Part shown: positions 1-9,595 of the stretch, one piece after another
Numbering within the stretch: position 1 is the stretch's first letter
Layout of the letters: each line of letters begins with the position of its first letter
IMG/VR virus record: IMGVR_UViG_3300010885_080890
From: an uncultured virus (IMG/VR IMGVR_UViG_3300010885_080890)
Lineage: Duplodnaviria > Heunggongvirae > Uroviricota > Caudoviricetes
DNA length: 64,000 bases
Direction: 5' to 3' (one strand)
Translations under genes and position numbers: made by a program
Notes under the pieces: generated by a model
The model's input: only the letters and a program-made list of their open reading frames with translations
Told to the model about the DNA's origin: nothing
The model's database searches: none

Positions 1-31
1 AATATACACTACATTTTACATTCAATAGGCT

Positions 32-436
32 TTAACGGTTTATATTAATATTCACAACACCGCCATTTTGCTTTATAAATTCTTCACCCAATAGTACAGG
101 AGTGTCGTTTTCACTTCTATCAGCAAGACTAAATGGCACACCGTTAAATTGTTCTTTACCTAAACTACAATCTAATTTTACTACAGGTCTATCTTCTTTA
201 TTGCCGCTACCTATGTGAATGTATACTCTATCTGCGACAGGCAGTGTTAATCTTTTATCATTTACTGTTGTAAAAGTGACCTTGTCATTCTTTTCCTCTA
301 GATCTAAAGCATGCAATACATTATAAGCACTATTCCCCGTATCTACTTTAGCTTTAACAGTTCCTATATGCTGTAAAGTTATACCTTCTGTTAGACCAAG
401 TATTTGTTCGTAAAAAAATTGTTTAAACGTAACCAT
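32..436 (-). CDS. Retropepsin-like aspartic protease (RimK-associated 'putative ATP-dependent Zn protease' family)
   Basis: AKVDTG catalytic-type motif, RPVV..SLADRS..PVLLG C-terminal pattern typical of this family; N-terminus MVTFKQFFYE. Confidence 0.75.
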   Translation of the reverse strand: MVTFKQFFYEQILGLTEGITLQHIGTVKAKVDTGNSAYNVLHALDLEEKNDKVTFTTVNDKRLTLPVADRVYIHIGSGNKEDRPVVKLDCSLGKEQFNGVPFSLADRSENDTPVLLGEEFIKQNGGVVNININR

Positions 437-455
437 ATAATATAGTATTTATTAC

Positions 456-463
456 TATAAATA
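456..463 (+). promoter_or_regulatory. T4-type late promoter TATAAATA
   Basis: Exact consensus 6 nt before ATG 470; divergent AATAAATA on minus strand at 446-453 before ATG 436. Confidence 0.75.
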
Positions 464-469
464 ATAATA

Positions 470-988
470 ATGAGCGAAAAAAAAGAAGTATTGAATATAA
501 CGGAAGCTTATAAAAAGATTGTTATAAATGAATTAGGCGGCTCAACTCCAGGGGACGGAGTCAGCACGGTACCCGCTCCGCAACATTCTTCTGTTGTTGC
601 AATAAAAAATGAAGAGGAAATATCGCCTAGAGAAGTAGAAACGGGCGAAACCGGCTCAGATATGGCTAAAGGTGAATTATACAAACTACATAAAGATGCT
701 AAGGACTTATATAATTTAATATCTTCATGTGAAAATTTAGAACCATGGATTTTTAGCAAAATAACTGTTGCCGCTAGTTATATTCAAGGGGTAAAAAATT
801 ATTTAGAATATGATAATTTTAAGAAAAAAGGAGAGTTTACCCCTGAAGCCGGAGGACATGAAGATCTTGTTGCAATGAAAGTGAAGGACATGCTAAATGG
901 AGAGAGTCGTGAAGTTGTTGAGAAGGTTTTACGTCAAGCAATATTTAATTTAGAAGCTATACAAGCGCTAGAAGAAGTTAAGCAATAG
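470..988 (+). CDS. Hypothetical late protein
   Basis: 172-aa ORF directly after late promoter; LEPWIFSKITVAASYI segment. Confidence 0.7.
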   Translation: MSEKKEVLNITEAYKKIVINELGGSTPGDGVSTVPAPQHSSVVAIKNEEEISPREVETGETGSDMAKGELYKLHKDAKDLYNLISSCENLEPWIFSKITVAASYIQGVKNYLEYDNFKKKGEFTPEAGGHEDLVAMKVKDMLNGESREVVEKVLRQAIFNLEAIQALEEVKQ

Positions 989-2303
989 TTCTTCTCGGGC
1001 CACCAAATTGTCTATTAATTTTAGTAAACTCTAATCTGTCTACTAATTTAACATGATTAGTACCAACAAATAATACAATTCCTTCATCTTTTGTCGGGGT
1101 AAAAGAGCCATCAGCATTTTGTATAAATGTTTTGCCTACTTTTGATTCTAACGTAGCTAGCGCTTGCAGTAATAAATTCTTAGCACGTGCCATGTGAAAT
1201 GTACCTGTAATTAAATTCAAAAAATTTTCTTTATTTTGCTCTAAAAACGATAGCACACTATTCATTCTTAATTCGATATTATGTTTACCAGTAGGTGTTT
1301 TTTTTGATTCTTGTTCTTTCGTATATCTTGAAGCAATAAATTGCCTCAAACCGTCAATAAATTTGTCTATAAAAAACTCCTCTCCTCTAGCGGCGGCACC
1401 AAAAATACCTTGTGGTGCAATATCTACCTGTTTGTTTAAATATATTTTTAATAATGACAGAATAGGATTAGTTAGGTATTCGGCATTAAACTGCTGTGAT
1501 ATATTTCCAATATATAACTTAGCTTTACTTGCTTCAGCATTTATTTTTTTTAAAAGATCATCCGAAATATTAACAGATAAAGAACTAAAATTACTACTCT
1601 GAATAAACGCTTTAGATTTTACGCTGCTGGATATTAATGAGTCAACGTTTCTACCTTGCGAGATTAGCTCTATACCACCAGTACTAGTAGGTTTACCCTT
1701 AAATGATTCATGAACTATAATGCCAACTTCTGAATTACTTACTCTATTAGATAATGGACTCTTCGAATCTACAGGAACTGCATAAGCAATTATATTTGGC
1801 TTAAAAGTAATAAAATTCTCTTCCCCAATCTTTACAATTTTTTTATCTTTTGGAAGTGCAAATAATACATCAGCTTGATATATTTTGCCAGACCCGTCAT
1901 AGGCCTGCCTCAAATATTTAAGTAAATTTTTTAATTTATTTTCTAGTTCAGGCTTATCGCCATAAAAAAGATTAACCTCAGAATCAGCATGCATTATTTT
2001 TGGATTTGCTTGACTCAATCCGCCTTTAAGTGATATAAAAAACTGATTTTTAAATTGTGATCTCGGATCAATACCAAATAGAATCATTGGACTGCCATCT
2101 ATTTTTGCATTCATTTCTTGGTTCGTTTCAAAGCCTTTTATTTTTTTGTTTATTTCATCTATATGTTGAATAAAATTTTCAAACCCTTCTTTACCATTTT
2201 CAATTGCTAAATCTTCTAAATTAGATAAATGTGTTTTTAAGTGTGCATCACTTTCTATTATTACTTTTTTTTCTTCTTGAATAAAATTTATAAAAGAGTT
2301 CAT
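978..2303 (-). CDS. DUF6267-like protein with ligase-type nucleotidyltransferase motifs
   Basis: THLSNLED start, KIDGSP (KxDG), YQADVLF, DEGIV, VKLVDRLEF. Confidence 0.65.
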   Translation of the reverse strand: MNSFINFIQEEKKVIIESDAHLKTHLSNLEDLAIENGKEGFENFIQHIDEINKKIKGFETNQEMNAKIDGSPMILFGIDPRSQFKNQFFISLKGGLSQANPKIMHADSEVNLFYGDKPELENKLKNLLKYLRQAYDGSGKIYQADVLFALPKDKKIVKIGEENFITFKPNIIAYAVPVDSKSPLSNRVSNSEVGIIVHESFKGKPTSTGGIELISQGRNVDSLISSSVKSKAFIQSSNFSSLSVNISDDLLKKINAEASKAKLYIGNISQQFNAEYLTNPILSLLKIYLNKQVDIAPQGIFGAAARGEEFFIDKFIDGLRQFIASRYTKEQESKKTPTGKHNIELRMNSVLSFLEQNKENFLNLITGTFHMARAKNLLLQALATLESKVGKTFIQNADGSFTPTKDEGIVLFVGTNHVKLVDRLEFTKINRQFGGPRRTIA

Positions 2304-2935
2304 TTTTTTAATCTTTCGTAAACTTTTGCCATATCTTCCTTTGTAATCGGTGGTAAAAACTTCTTAAACAAATCAAAATTATTTTTGCTTAAAGCTTCTC
2401 TAGCTTTTGTCGCTGATGTTAATCTAGATACTTCTTTTTGATTTATACTCTTGACCTCTTTACCGCTAAACACAGATGCGTTTTGATTCTTAAAAAAGGC
2501 GCTATATCTATCTTGTGCATCTTCTTGACTAGCGTATAAATTTATTGAATAAGGTCCTTTAGCTTTCTGCTGTATCAAAGACACTACTTCCTGAGCTTTT
2601 GGATGAGGTGCTTGCGATCTGGGTGTGGGTGTAAATCTACCATTATTAAGAATATCTGCAATATGGTAAACCGCTAAAACAGGCGACCCTGAGGTTAGTA
2701 TAAAATTAATATTTTTAGGTAAATATGTTTTGTACATATTCCATATATCTAGAGATTGTTGAGATGTAATATTATCCCTATCTATAGCAGATATAAGTAC
2801 AAACACCATGTTATTCTCGAGACAGGCCTTTTTTACTGTATCAAAATGCCCTTTGTGTGGGGGTTTAAACGCACCAGGAAATACACCTATAGAGGTTTCC
2901 GCGGACTCGATTAAAAACTGTCTAAACGTTTTCAT
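2300..2935 (-). CDS. Cytidylyltransferase-like (HIGH-motif) nucleotidyltransferase
   Basis: GVFPGAFKPPHKGH N-terminal HxGH motif and C-terminal TSATKARE (SATxxR) motif. Confidence 0.8.
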   Translation of the reverse strand: MKTFRQFLIESAETSIGVFPGAFKPPHKGHFDTVKKACLENNMVFVLISAIDRDNITSQQSLDIWNMYKTYLPKNINFILTSGSPVLAVYHIADILNNGRFTPTPRSQAPHPKAQEVVSLIQQKAKGPYSINLYASQEDAQDRYSAFFKNQNASVFSGKEVKSINQKEVSRLTSATKAREALSKNNFDLFKKFLPPITKEDMAKVYERLKK

Positions 2936-4114
2936 TTAGAGATTCTTCAGCGGTTCTTTTAAGCCTATCTTAGGCGCGCCAGCACTAATCTGATTTGCAT
3001 AAATAAATTCGCCTAATCTTTCTTTTGGAATATAAACAAATACATCTGAATTAACTATAAAAAGACCAGTTTCAGGAAAAGTATTAAAAATAACGTTTGT
3101 CAATGCAGTACGTATTTCCTCCAGTCCTTGAGCTAAATTTAAACTTTTTATGGTTTGTTTAAACGAATCTTGATTAGTACATTTTTTAAACAGCCTGCAT
3201 TGTTTTTGTGTAATGGACCTATCTATGTTTCTAGCTTCTTTTTCAAAAAAATCTTTTTCCTGCTGATCATCTGCATTTATTTTATAATTCTTCAATATTG
3301 TATCGTACAAATCTTTTATATTGGTATTGTTTCCGCCAGGTGTAGTAGTTGTAACAACATCATTTAATACGTCAGCAAACTGTTTTAACGAAAAAATTAA
3401 TGCAGGCCGGAGTTTATAATGACCTAGCGCTAGTTTATCGCCTAATAAAATTCCTTGAGACAGCTCCACGTTTGACTTGCTAAGAATAGTATGTATGTAT
3501 TTGTCTATTGTCCAGCCCTCCAGACGGTCTTGATACTGAGGTCCAACAGCTATTCGAGTAATAGGGTTTTTTATTATGGCATCGTTAATAGCGGCCTTAC
3601 TACTATCATCCATAGAATCATATGCTCTTAACACTTCATCTAAAAATCCATTTACGGCGTTTATTACTTGTGTTGCTGCCTGCTTACCGTTAGTGCCTGT
3701 ACGAACTGTTTTTGTTTTCTTACCTTCCTTATCAGTAACAATTTTAATTTCCTTAACTTCATAATGACCGCCATCTGGTGCTAAAACGTCAAAGCTAACC
3801 CCGGAACCCTGTATAATACTAAATGAACGTCTTTTAAATTCCGCAGCTTTATGGGCCTCTAACTGCCTAAGAGCATCATAAGAACTAACACCCCAAAATA
3901 TACAAGCAAGACTATACTCACCTCTACCTACTCCGCCGTCTATTGTATTAAAAAGCTCAGTTGGGTTTGCAAGATTAAATTCTGTCCATTTGTACTGCCT
4001 GCCAGGCTCAAATGCATTGGTTTGTTCTAATAAAACTTGCCGTCTTGGTAGAGGCGGTATAGGCCTGAACATGACCTGTTCTGTATATAGACAGTTTAAA
4101 CTCTTGTAGTCCAC
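2936..4114 (-). CDS. Hypothetical protein, possible PD-(D/E)xK nuclease fold
   Basis: GRGE helix ... SFDV..PDG..YEVKE arrangement; GTG start after CATAAATA (4119-4126). Confidence 0.5.
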   Translation of the reverse strand: MDYKSLNCLYTEQVMFRPIPPLPRRQVLLEQTNAFEPGRQYKWTEFNLANPTELFNTIDGGVGRGEYSLACIFWGVSSYDALRQLEAHKAAEFKRRSFSIIQGSGVSFDVLAPDGGHYEVKEIKIVTDKEGKKTKTVRTGTNGKQAATQVINAVNGFLDEVLRAYDSMDDSSKAAINDAIIKNPITRIAVGPQYQDRLEGWTIDKYIHTILSKSNVELSQGILLGDKLALGHYKLRPALIFSLKQFADVLNDVVTTTTPGGNNTNIKDLYDTILKNYKINADDQQEKDFFEKEARNIDRSITQKQCRLFKKCTNQDSFKQTIKSLNLAQGLEEIRTALTNVIFNTFPETGLFIVNSDVFVYIPKERLGEFIYANQISAGAPKIGLKEPLKNL

Positions 4115-4128
4115 AAGTTATTTATGAT

Positions 4129-4482
4129 TTATTCTTTAGGTTCAGTATTAACATCAATAGAATTCGAATACTTCTTCATTATATCGACTATAGAAGTAAG
4201 TACTTGTGAAGCATTCGTTTCGTTGATTTCAGGCAAATCTTTTAAGGCTTTTTCATCTAAATCGCCAGGATTCATAAAAAGTGCTTTTCTTAGCAATCTA
4301 ACTAAAAAAACTTCACCTTCCGATGTAAGAGGGTTTTGATCGCTATCAGCTGGTTGTTCGGTCGGGACCGGTGGGGTTGCGGGCAGAGGTGCAGCGGCCG
4401 GGTCAGCAGAGGGCATTTGCTCTTGAGGTCCTTGCTCGTTTATCTCAGCAAGTTTTTTATTAATAATTTCTAGAAATTTCAT
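4129..4482 (-). CDS. Hypothetical protein (Pro/Ala-rich linker)
   Basis: 117-aa ORF coupled to upstream gene; MKFLEII..AE N-terminus. Confidence 0.65.
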   Translation of the reverse strand: MKFLEIINKKLAEINEQGPQEQMPSADPAAAPLPATPPVPTEQPADSDQNPLTSEGEVFLVRLLRKALFMNPGDLDEKALKDLPEINETNASQVLTSIVDIMKKYSNSIDVNTEPKE

Positions 4483-4871
4483 TACACGCTAGGAGTTGTA
4501 GGCGTGGTTGGCGCTTGAGGTGTAGCAGCTTTTTGCAAATCTGTTACAACCTTAGTAATATTGTCAACTGCTTTAGAGCTAACATCTGTTAGCTGCTTTT
4601 TAGCATCAGTAATCTTTTTTGTTACATCTGTTTTTAATTTTTGAACTTCAGGATCATCTTTAAGTACATCCATTGCTTTCATGAGAGCATTAACAACTCC
4701 GCCTGTAGGAGTCATGCCTGCAGCTGTGGTTGCAACGCTCTGTACGGTTTGAGCAACACTAGGAGTTGCGGGAGTAACCGCTGGAGTTGCGGTATATTCC
4801 TTTAACCATTGAGGCTTATCTAAACTAAGCTCTTCATACTTTGCTTGCAACATGTTTAAGAATTTCATCAT
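4482..4871 (-). CDS. Hypothetical late protein (Thr/Pro-rich)
   Basis: 129-aa ORF after CATAAATA (4875-4882, minus strand). Confidence 0.65.
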   Translation of the reverse strand: MMKFLNMLQAKYEELSLDKPQWLKEYTATPAVTPATPSVAQTVQSVATTAAGMTPTGGVVNALMKAMDVLKDDPEVQKLKTDVTKKITDAKKQLTDVSSKAVDNITKVVTDLQKAATPQAPTTPTTPSV

Positions 4872-4877
4872 CTATAT

Positions 4878-5396
4878 TTATGTTATAAATAACCCTAGTT
4901 TCATATTAAAATTATTATCTATATCTGATGATGATGTAATATTGTACTTTACTAGCATTGCCTTTAACTTCTCTACATTAGGATGTTTCTTGGCCCTATT
5001 AAAGACCTTAAATACTTTTATTCTAGCCTCTTTGCCTTCGCCCTTGCAGCAATTTACAATAACCTCAAATTCAGCAATACTAATTTTTTCGTATAAATAT
5101 GTAAGTGACAATATTTTAGCTACTCTTATAAAAGTAGAGTAAAAGAAATTAAAATAATCTTTGAACTCCTCTAATTTTGCAGATTTTGACGTATAAAACA
5201 ACAATTTCTGATGCTTATTTTTATCTATAACGTTAAAGATACTATTACAAATTCTAAGCACTATAAAGCTTTTAATAAGTTTAGATTTATTCTGCAAACA
5301 GAATTTACTATTATCTTCAGAGACACTACTTTCTACTCTTTCTAAAATGTTATCTACATTAATTATCTTAACGCTGCAACCCTGAACGTATGACAT
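4878..5396 (-). CDS. Hypothetical protein
   Basis: 172-aa ORF behind a sigma70-like promoter. Confidence 0.6.
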   Translation of the reverse strand: MSYVQGCSVKIINVDNILERVESSVSEDNSKFCLQNKSKLIKSFIVLRICNSIFNVIDKNKHQKLLFYTSKSAKLEEFKDYFNFFYSTFIRVAKILSLTYLYEKISIAEFEVIVNCCKGEGKEARIKVFKVFNRAKKHPNVEKLKAMLVKYNITSSSDIDNNFNMKLGLFIT

Positions 5397-5402
5397 AATT
5401 TT

Positions 5403-5431
5403 ATTATAAAGGAATTATTTTTTGTTATCAA
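5403..5431 (-). promoter_or_regulatory. Sigma70-like early promoter TTGATA-N17-TATAAT
   Basis: Near-consensus -35/-10 on minus strand, 6 nt before ATG 5396. Confidence 0.65.
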
Positions 5432-5837
5432 TAAAATTCTTTGGCGGTGAGCCTATTCTTACGTTTAGGATGCCATTGTAATATTCCTCTCTAAGTATGA
5501 CATCTTTTTCTATTTGCTCTTTTATCTCTCTATAGCCTAATTCCCACTTAGAGTCACAGAAGTGTAGTATTGTAAATTCAAAATTTTCTTTACCATACTT
5601 TACTATATCCTCATTAAGCTCAACTGATGACCCTGTGTAAGACTTCCAATCTGTTTCTTTTATCTCATGTCTTTTATTCTTCTTACCTTTTAACGGCGGC
5701 CGCTTTAATGTAGTTATGCACTGTTTTTTACCAATGTATTTTCGTTTAGTTACAAGATTTTGAATTTCGTATATAAAGCCAAAAGCATTTTCTTTAAAGG
5801 TAACTCTGTGGCCTAATTTCCAATGTCCTAAATTCAC
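5415..5837 (-). CDS. GIY-YIG family endonuclease-like protein
   Basis: FGFIYEIQN...KYIGKK, YTGSS, E..EQ...YYN pattern. Confidence 0.75.
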   Translation of the reverse strand: MNLGHWKLGHRVTFKENAFGFIYEIQNLVTKRKYIGKKQCITTLKRPPLKGKKNKRHEIKETDWKSYTGSSVELNEDIVKYGKENFEFTILHFCDSKWELGYREIKEQIEKDVILREEYYNGILNVRIGSPPKNFIDNKK

Positions 5838-5840
5838 CGA

Positions 5841-6062
5841 CTATTTAATCAACGGCCGTCTTTGTACAACTATTTTACGTTTTTTGCCAATTTTTTTAGC
5901 TCCGAGTGCTACAGGGACCCTACTATCTCCAGGTGCATAGAAATCCGTATTACCAACAGCACCGCCATGGCCCATTGACGTTGCAGTACCAAAAACACCA
6001 CCGTCACCAGCAGCATTCATTTCATAAAAAAATGTTTTAAATGTCTTATACTTGATTATCAT
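5841..6062 (-). CDS. Small hypothetical late protein
   Basis: 73 aa; KTFKTFFYE N-terminus, Gly-rich middle, basic C-terminus; CATAAATA at 6077-6084. Confidence 0.6.
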   Translation of the reverse strand: MIIKYKTFKTFFYEMNAAGDGGVFGTATSMGHGGAVGNTDFYAPGDSRVPVALGAKKIGKKRKIVVQRRPLIK

Positions 6063-6085
6063 AGACGTTATCTTATTATTTATGA

Positions 6086-6481
6086 ATGGATCAGCTCAAT
6101 CTATATATAAAAGAATTAGAAGAGGACGTTAAGCTAGATGAGTTAAATCTTAAGGAAGCAGCATTAATGTTACCTGCACGCAAAGCCAAATGGGTTTCTA
6201 GGTTAATTATAGAAAAAAATAATTTAAATGAATTAATAAAAAAGAAAAATAAAATTATTAGTGAAGTTGTAGAGACTATCAAAAAAGAATCAGCAGTTAG
6301 ATTGACATTACCGGTTTTAGAGAAAGCAGCCGAAAGGCATACTGTAGTTTCTGATATTGCTATGGAAATTTCTAAAAGAGAAAACATAATAGAATTTTTA
6401 GAGCGTGTAGAAAAAACAATCCATAGCATAGGGTTTGATTTAAAAAACTTGATTGAAATTATCAAGATGGAGACCTCTTGA
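6086..6481 (+). CDS. uvsY: Recombination mediator UvsY-like
   Basis: Helical 131 aa ending IEFLE...IGFDLKNLIEIIKME; directly upstream of uvsW. Confidence 0.75.
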   Translation: MDQLNLYIKELEEDVKLDELNLKEAALMLPARKAKWVSRLIIEKNNLNELIKKKNKIISEVVETIKKESAVRLTLPVLEKAAERHTVVSDIAMEISKRENIIEFLERVEKTIHSIGFDLKNLIEIIKMETS

Positions 6482-7959
6482 TGGTAAATTTTGAGTTAGA
6501 TAAAACTGGCAAATACGGATACATTGCAGGTGATCACATAAACGATATAAGAGAATTTTTCTCTGTAAAAAACGAGGGCGCTAGATTTGCTAGAATGAAA
6601 GGTAGGTTTATTCCATCTAGAACCTACGCTATTACACCTGGTGGGCGAATTGACCCTTGCTTATTCTATGAAATTACTAAATTTCTTCTTCAGAATAATT
6701 ATTGCAAGCAAGATCAAATTAGAGCATCTAGCGATTTCCTAAATGTCATTTTACCAGCACAATCAAGTTATCATAAAAATATTTCTTACTCTAAGGAGCC
6801 TTTCAACAATTTAACGCTACAACTTAGAGATTATCAAAAATCTGTAGTTACAAAATGCTTAGAGTCAGGCAGAGGGGTAGTTGTACTGGCGACTGCGGGC
6901 GGTAAGACTCTTATTATGGCCTCCCTTTTATCTAACTTTTTTCATTTTAAAAATAATTTTAAGTGTTTAGTTATCGTACCCGACCTTGGATTAGTTGAAC
7001 AAACATTTTCTGACTTTAATAATTATGGTGTACCTTTTAAAGTTAGACGGTGGACAGGTTCGCATCAATTAGAACATAATAAGAATGATTCGTCTAATGT
7101 TATTGTTGCTAACTTAGGTATACTGCAGTCAGATAACTCAGATTTATCCTGGCTTGAAGATATAGATTTAATAATAATTGATGAAGTTCATAAGCTAAGA
7201 AGAGGTAATAAAATAAATGACATATTAAAAGGAATTAAAACTAATATTCGTTTTGGGTTTACAGGTACTATGCCGGAAGATAAACTAGATCAATGGAATA
7301 TAATAGGTAAAATCGGGCCTATAATTTACGAGAAAAACAGCTTTCAACTTAGAACCGAAAAATATATATCTAATGTAACCGCTAATATATTAGAAGTTAC
7401 CTATAATAGTACACCGCCAACAGTAAAAGATATTGTTAACCCAGCGGAAAAATATAGAATTGAACTTGAATTTTTGTTTACCAATTTATTCAGAAACAAT
7501 ACTTTAGCGGTATTGTGTAATAACGCGCCAAATAATGTATTGGTATTAATAGATTATATTAAGCACGGGCAAGAACTATATGAGCATTTAACTAAATTTT
7601 GTAATAGAAAGCAAGTATTTTTTATAAGAGGCGAAGTTGAGGTTTCAGATAGAGAGGAAGTAAAAAATTTAATGGAAAAAAGTAGCAATGTCGTCTGTAT
7701 TGCCATAAGTAAAATATTCAGCACAGGGGTAAATATTAAGAATTTACATTTTATTGTTTTTGCAGGAGGCGGCAAGGCCAAGATAAAAACAATTCAAAGT
7801 ATAGGCAGAGGGCTACGCTTACATGAAAGTAAGGATAAGCTATATATTTTTGACATAGCAGATCAGTTAACATATGGTAAACGGCATCAATTAAAGCGGC
7901 AGCAACTCTATGATATGGAAAAAATTCCATATTCGGTAAAAAAAATAACTGAAAAATAA
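6478..7959 (+). CDS. uvsW: UvsW SF2 DNA helicase
   Basis: LRDYQ, ATAGGKT, DEVH, GFTGT, FSTGVNIKNLH, IQSIGRGLR. Confidence 0.93.
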   Translation: MMVNFELDKTGKYGYIAGDHINDIREFFSVKNEGARFARMKGRFIPSRTYAITPGGRIDPCLFYEITKFLLQNNYCKQDQIRASSDFLNVILPAQSSYHKNISYSKEPFNNLTLQLRDYQKSVVTKCLESGRGVVVLATAGGKTLIMASLLSNFFHFKNNFKCLVIVPDLGLVEQTFSDFNNYGVPFKVRRWTGSHQLEHNKNDSSNVIVANLGILQSDNSDLSWLEDIDLIIIDEVHKLRRGNKINDILKGIKTNIRFGFTGTMPEDKLDQWNIIGKIGPIIYEKNSFQLRTEKYISNVTANILEVTYNSTPPTVKDIVNPAEKYRIELEFLFTNLFRNNTLAVLCNNAPNNVLVLIDYIKHGQELYEHLTKFCNRKQVFFIRGEVEVSDREEVKNLMEKSSNVVCIAISKIFSTGVNIKNLHFIVFAGGGKAKIKTIQSIGRGLRLHESKDKLYIFDIADQLTYGKRHQLKRQQLYDMEKIPYSVKKITEK

Positions 7960-7962
7960 TTT

Positions 7963-8562
7963 ATGAAAAACGCTAAAAATAAAAAACCTAAAATAACTTC
8001 TAAACAGAAAGATGTCAAGGGGGATGAATTGCCACCTGAATTAACTGATTTAAAATCTGTTATCGGTACAATCCCTAAGGAAGGCAAGCCCGTACCTGGT
8101 AAGAAATTAAAACCATCAGAAAAACCTCATTATGTTAATAGTAAGCAATTTGAAGAGGAAATTAAAATATATTATCAAACCGATAACATGACTGAATATT
8201 TAGCAGATGCTATAAGACGAATTGCTTATGGTCTATCGTTTGCTCCTAATTTTATTAATTATTCATATAGAGATGAAATGATTGGTGATGCTGTAGTAAA
8301 GATGTACCAAGCATTAAAGTACAAAAAATTTAAGCTTGACCAAGGGTTCAGTCCTTTTAGTTACTTTACAACTATTGCATTTCATGCATTTATAAGTCGT
8401 ATTAAAAAAGAAAAAAAGCATCATCAATTAATAGTAGACTATAGGGAGCGAAATTACGACAGTCTTATCAATAAAGACGAGGCGGACACCGGGATACGCG
8501 TTTACACCAGTGAAGGTGGTGGAGGTATGGATAACAGCCTCTATAATGAGAGTAATGCCTAA
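7963..8562 (+). CDS. gp55: Late transcription sigma factor gp55
   Basis: HYVN, NFINYSYRDEMIGDA, PFSYFTTIAFHAFISRIKKEKK. Confidence 0.9.
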   Translation: MKNAKNKKPKITSKQKDVKGDELPPELTDLKSVIGTIPKEGKPVPGKKLKPSEKPHYVNSKQFEEEIKIYYQTDNMTEYLADAIRRIAYGLSFAPNFINYSYRDEMIGDAVVKMYQALKYKKFKLDQGFSPFSYFTTIAFHAFISRIKKEKKHHQLIVDYRERNYDSLINKDEADTGIRVYTSEGGGGMDNSLYNESNA

Positions 8563-9595
8563 TAGTCAGATTGCTATATTCTCCGATTTACATCTTGGTG
8601 TTCATATGAACAGCCAAGTATGGCATGACGTTTCTTTGAACTGGGCTAAGTGGATTACAGAAGAACTTAAATCCAAAAACATTAAAGAAATAATATTTTG
8701 TGGAGATTTTTTTCATAGTCGTAGCGAAATTACCGTTAACACCCTACATCACGCAAGTACAATATTAGAGTATTTTAAGGACTTTAAATTGTATATGTTA
8801 GCGGGTAATCACGATTCATTTTATAAAAATAATTGCACCGTTAATAGTATCCGCATTTTCTACGGCCGTGATAATATTATTATTGTAGATAGACCTACCT
8901 TACTGCAAATTGGCGGTAAAGAATGTTTTTTTGCACCGTGGGGTACAGAATTAAGCGAAATACAAGATTGTGATATAGTGTTTGGTCATTTTGAAATTGA
9001 AACATTTAAAATGAATACCTTTAAAGTATGTGAAGGCGGTTTTAAGTCGCAGGATTTATTAAAGTTTGCTCCTCTTGTTATTTCAGGTCACTTTCATTTA
9101 AGAGAAGAAAGAAAATATAGCAACGGCACAGTTCTATATGTTGGTTGTCCATTTGAATTAGATTTTGGCGATGAAGGGTCTACTAAAGGGTATTATATTT
9201 TAGATATGAACAAAGCGAGCTATGATTTTTACCCCAACGATATATCACCTCGTCATATAAAGATAAATCTTTCCGATCTTATAAAAATTGAAAATTTTAC
9301 TGAAGCTGGTAGAACAGTTCTCGGAAATAATATTATCAAGCTCGGTTTAGATAAAAACATATCTGCTCAAGATTTAGAGAAATTAACAATTAAACTTCAT
9401 AACTTTAAACCATTGAATTTAGTTGTAGATAACAGTATAGAGTTTGACAAGTTCGGAGCAGATTTGGAGTCTAATATAGATCTTAGCGGGGTAGATATTG
9501 CTAAGGCTATTACAGACTTTGTTCAAATGTTAGATATAGACAATAAAAAAGATGTTGTTGAATATACTGTATCCTTATACAACCAGTGTAAATGA
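8555..9595 (+). CDS. gp47: Recombination endonuclease gp47 (Mre11/SbcD-like)
   Basis: SDLHLG, GDFFH, GNHD, GHFE, SGHFH metallophosphoesterase motifs; start reassigned to ATG 8555. Confidence 0.9.
   Translation: MPNSQIAIFSDLHLGVHMNSQVWHDVSLNWAKWITEELKSKNIKEIIFCGDFFHSRSEITVNTLHHASTILEYFKDFKLYMLAGNHDSFYKNNCTVNSIRIFYGRDNIIIVDRPTLLQIGGKECFFAPWGTELSEIQDCDIVFGHFEIETFKMNTFKVCEGGFKSQDLLKFAPLVISGHFHLREERKYSNGTVLYVGCPFELDFGDEGSTKGYYILDMNKASYDFYPNDISPRHIKINLSDLIKIENFTEAGRTVLGNNIIKLGLDKNISAQDLEKLTIKLHNFKPLNLVVDNSIEFDKFGADLESNIDLSGVDIAKAITDFVQMLDIDNKKDVVEYTVSLYNQCK

Noticed and set aside
5415..5837. GIY-YIG protein as a mobile homing endonuclease
   Set aside because: Only 140 aa with no C-terminal DNA-binding repeats and not inserted in a conserved gene; more likely a resident nuclease
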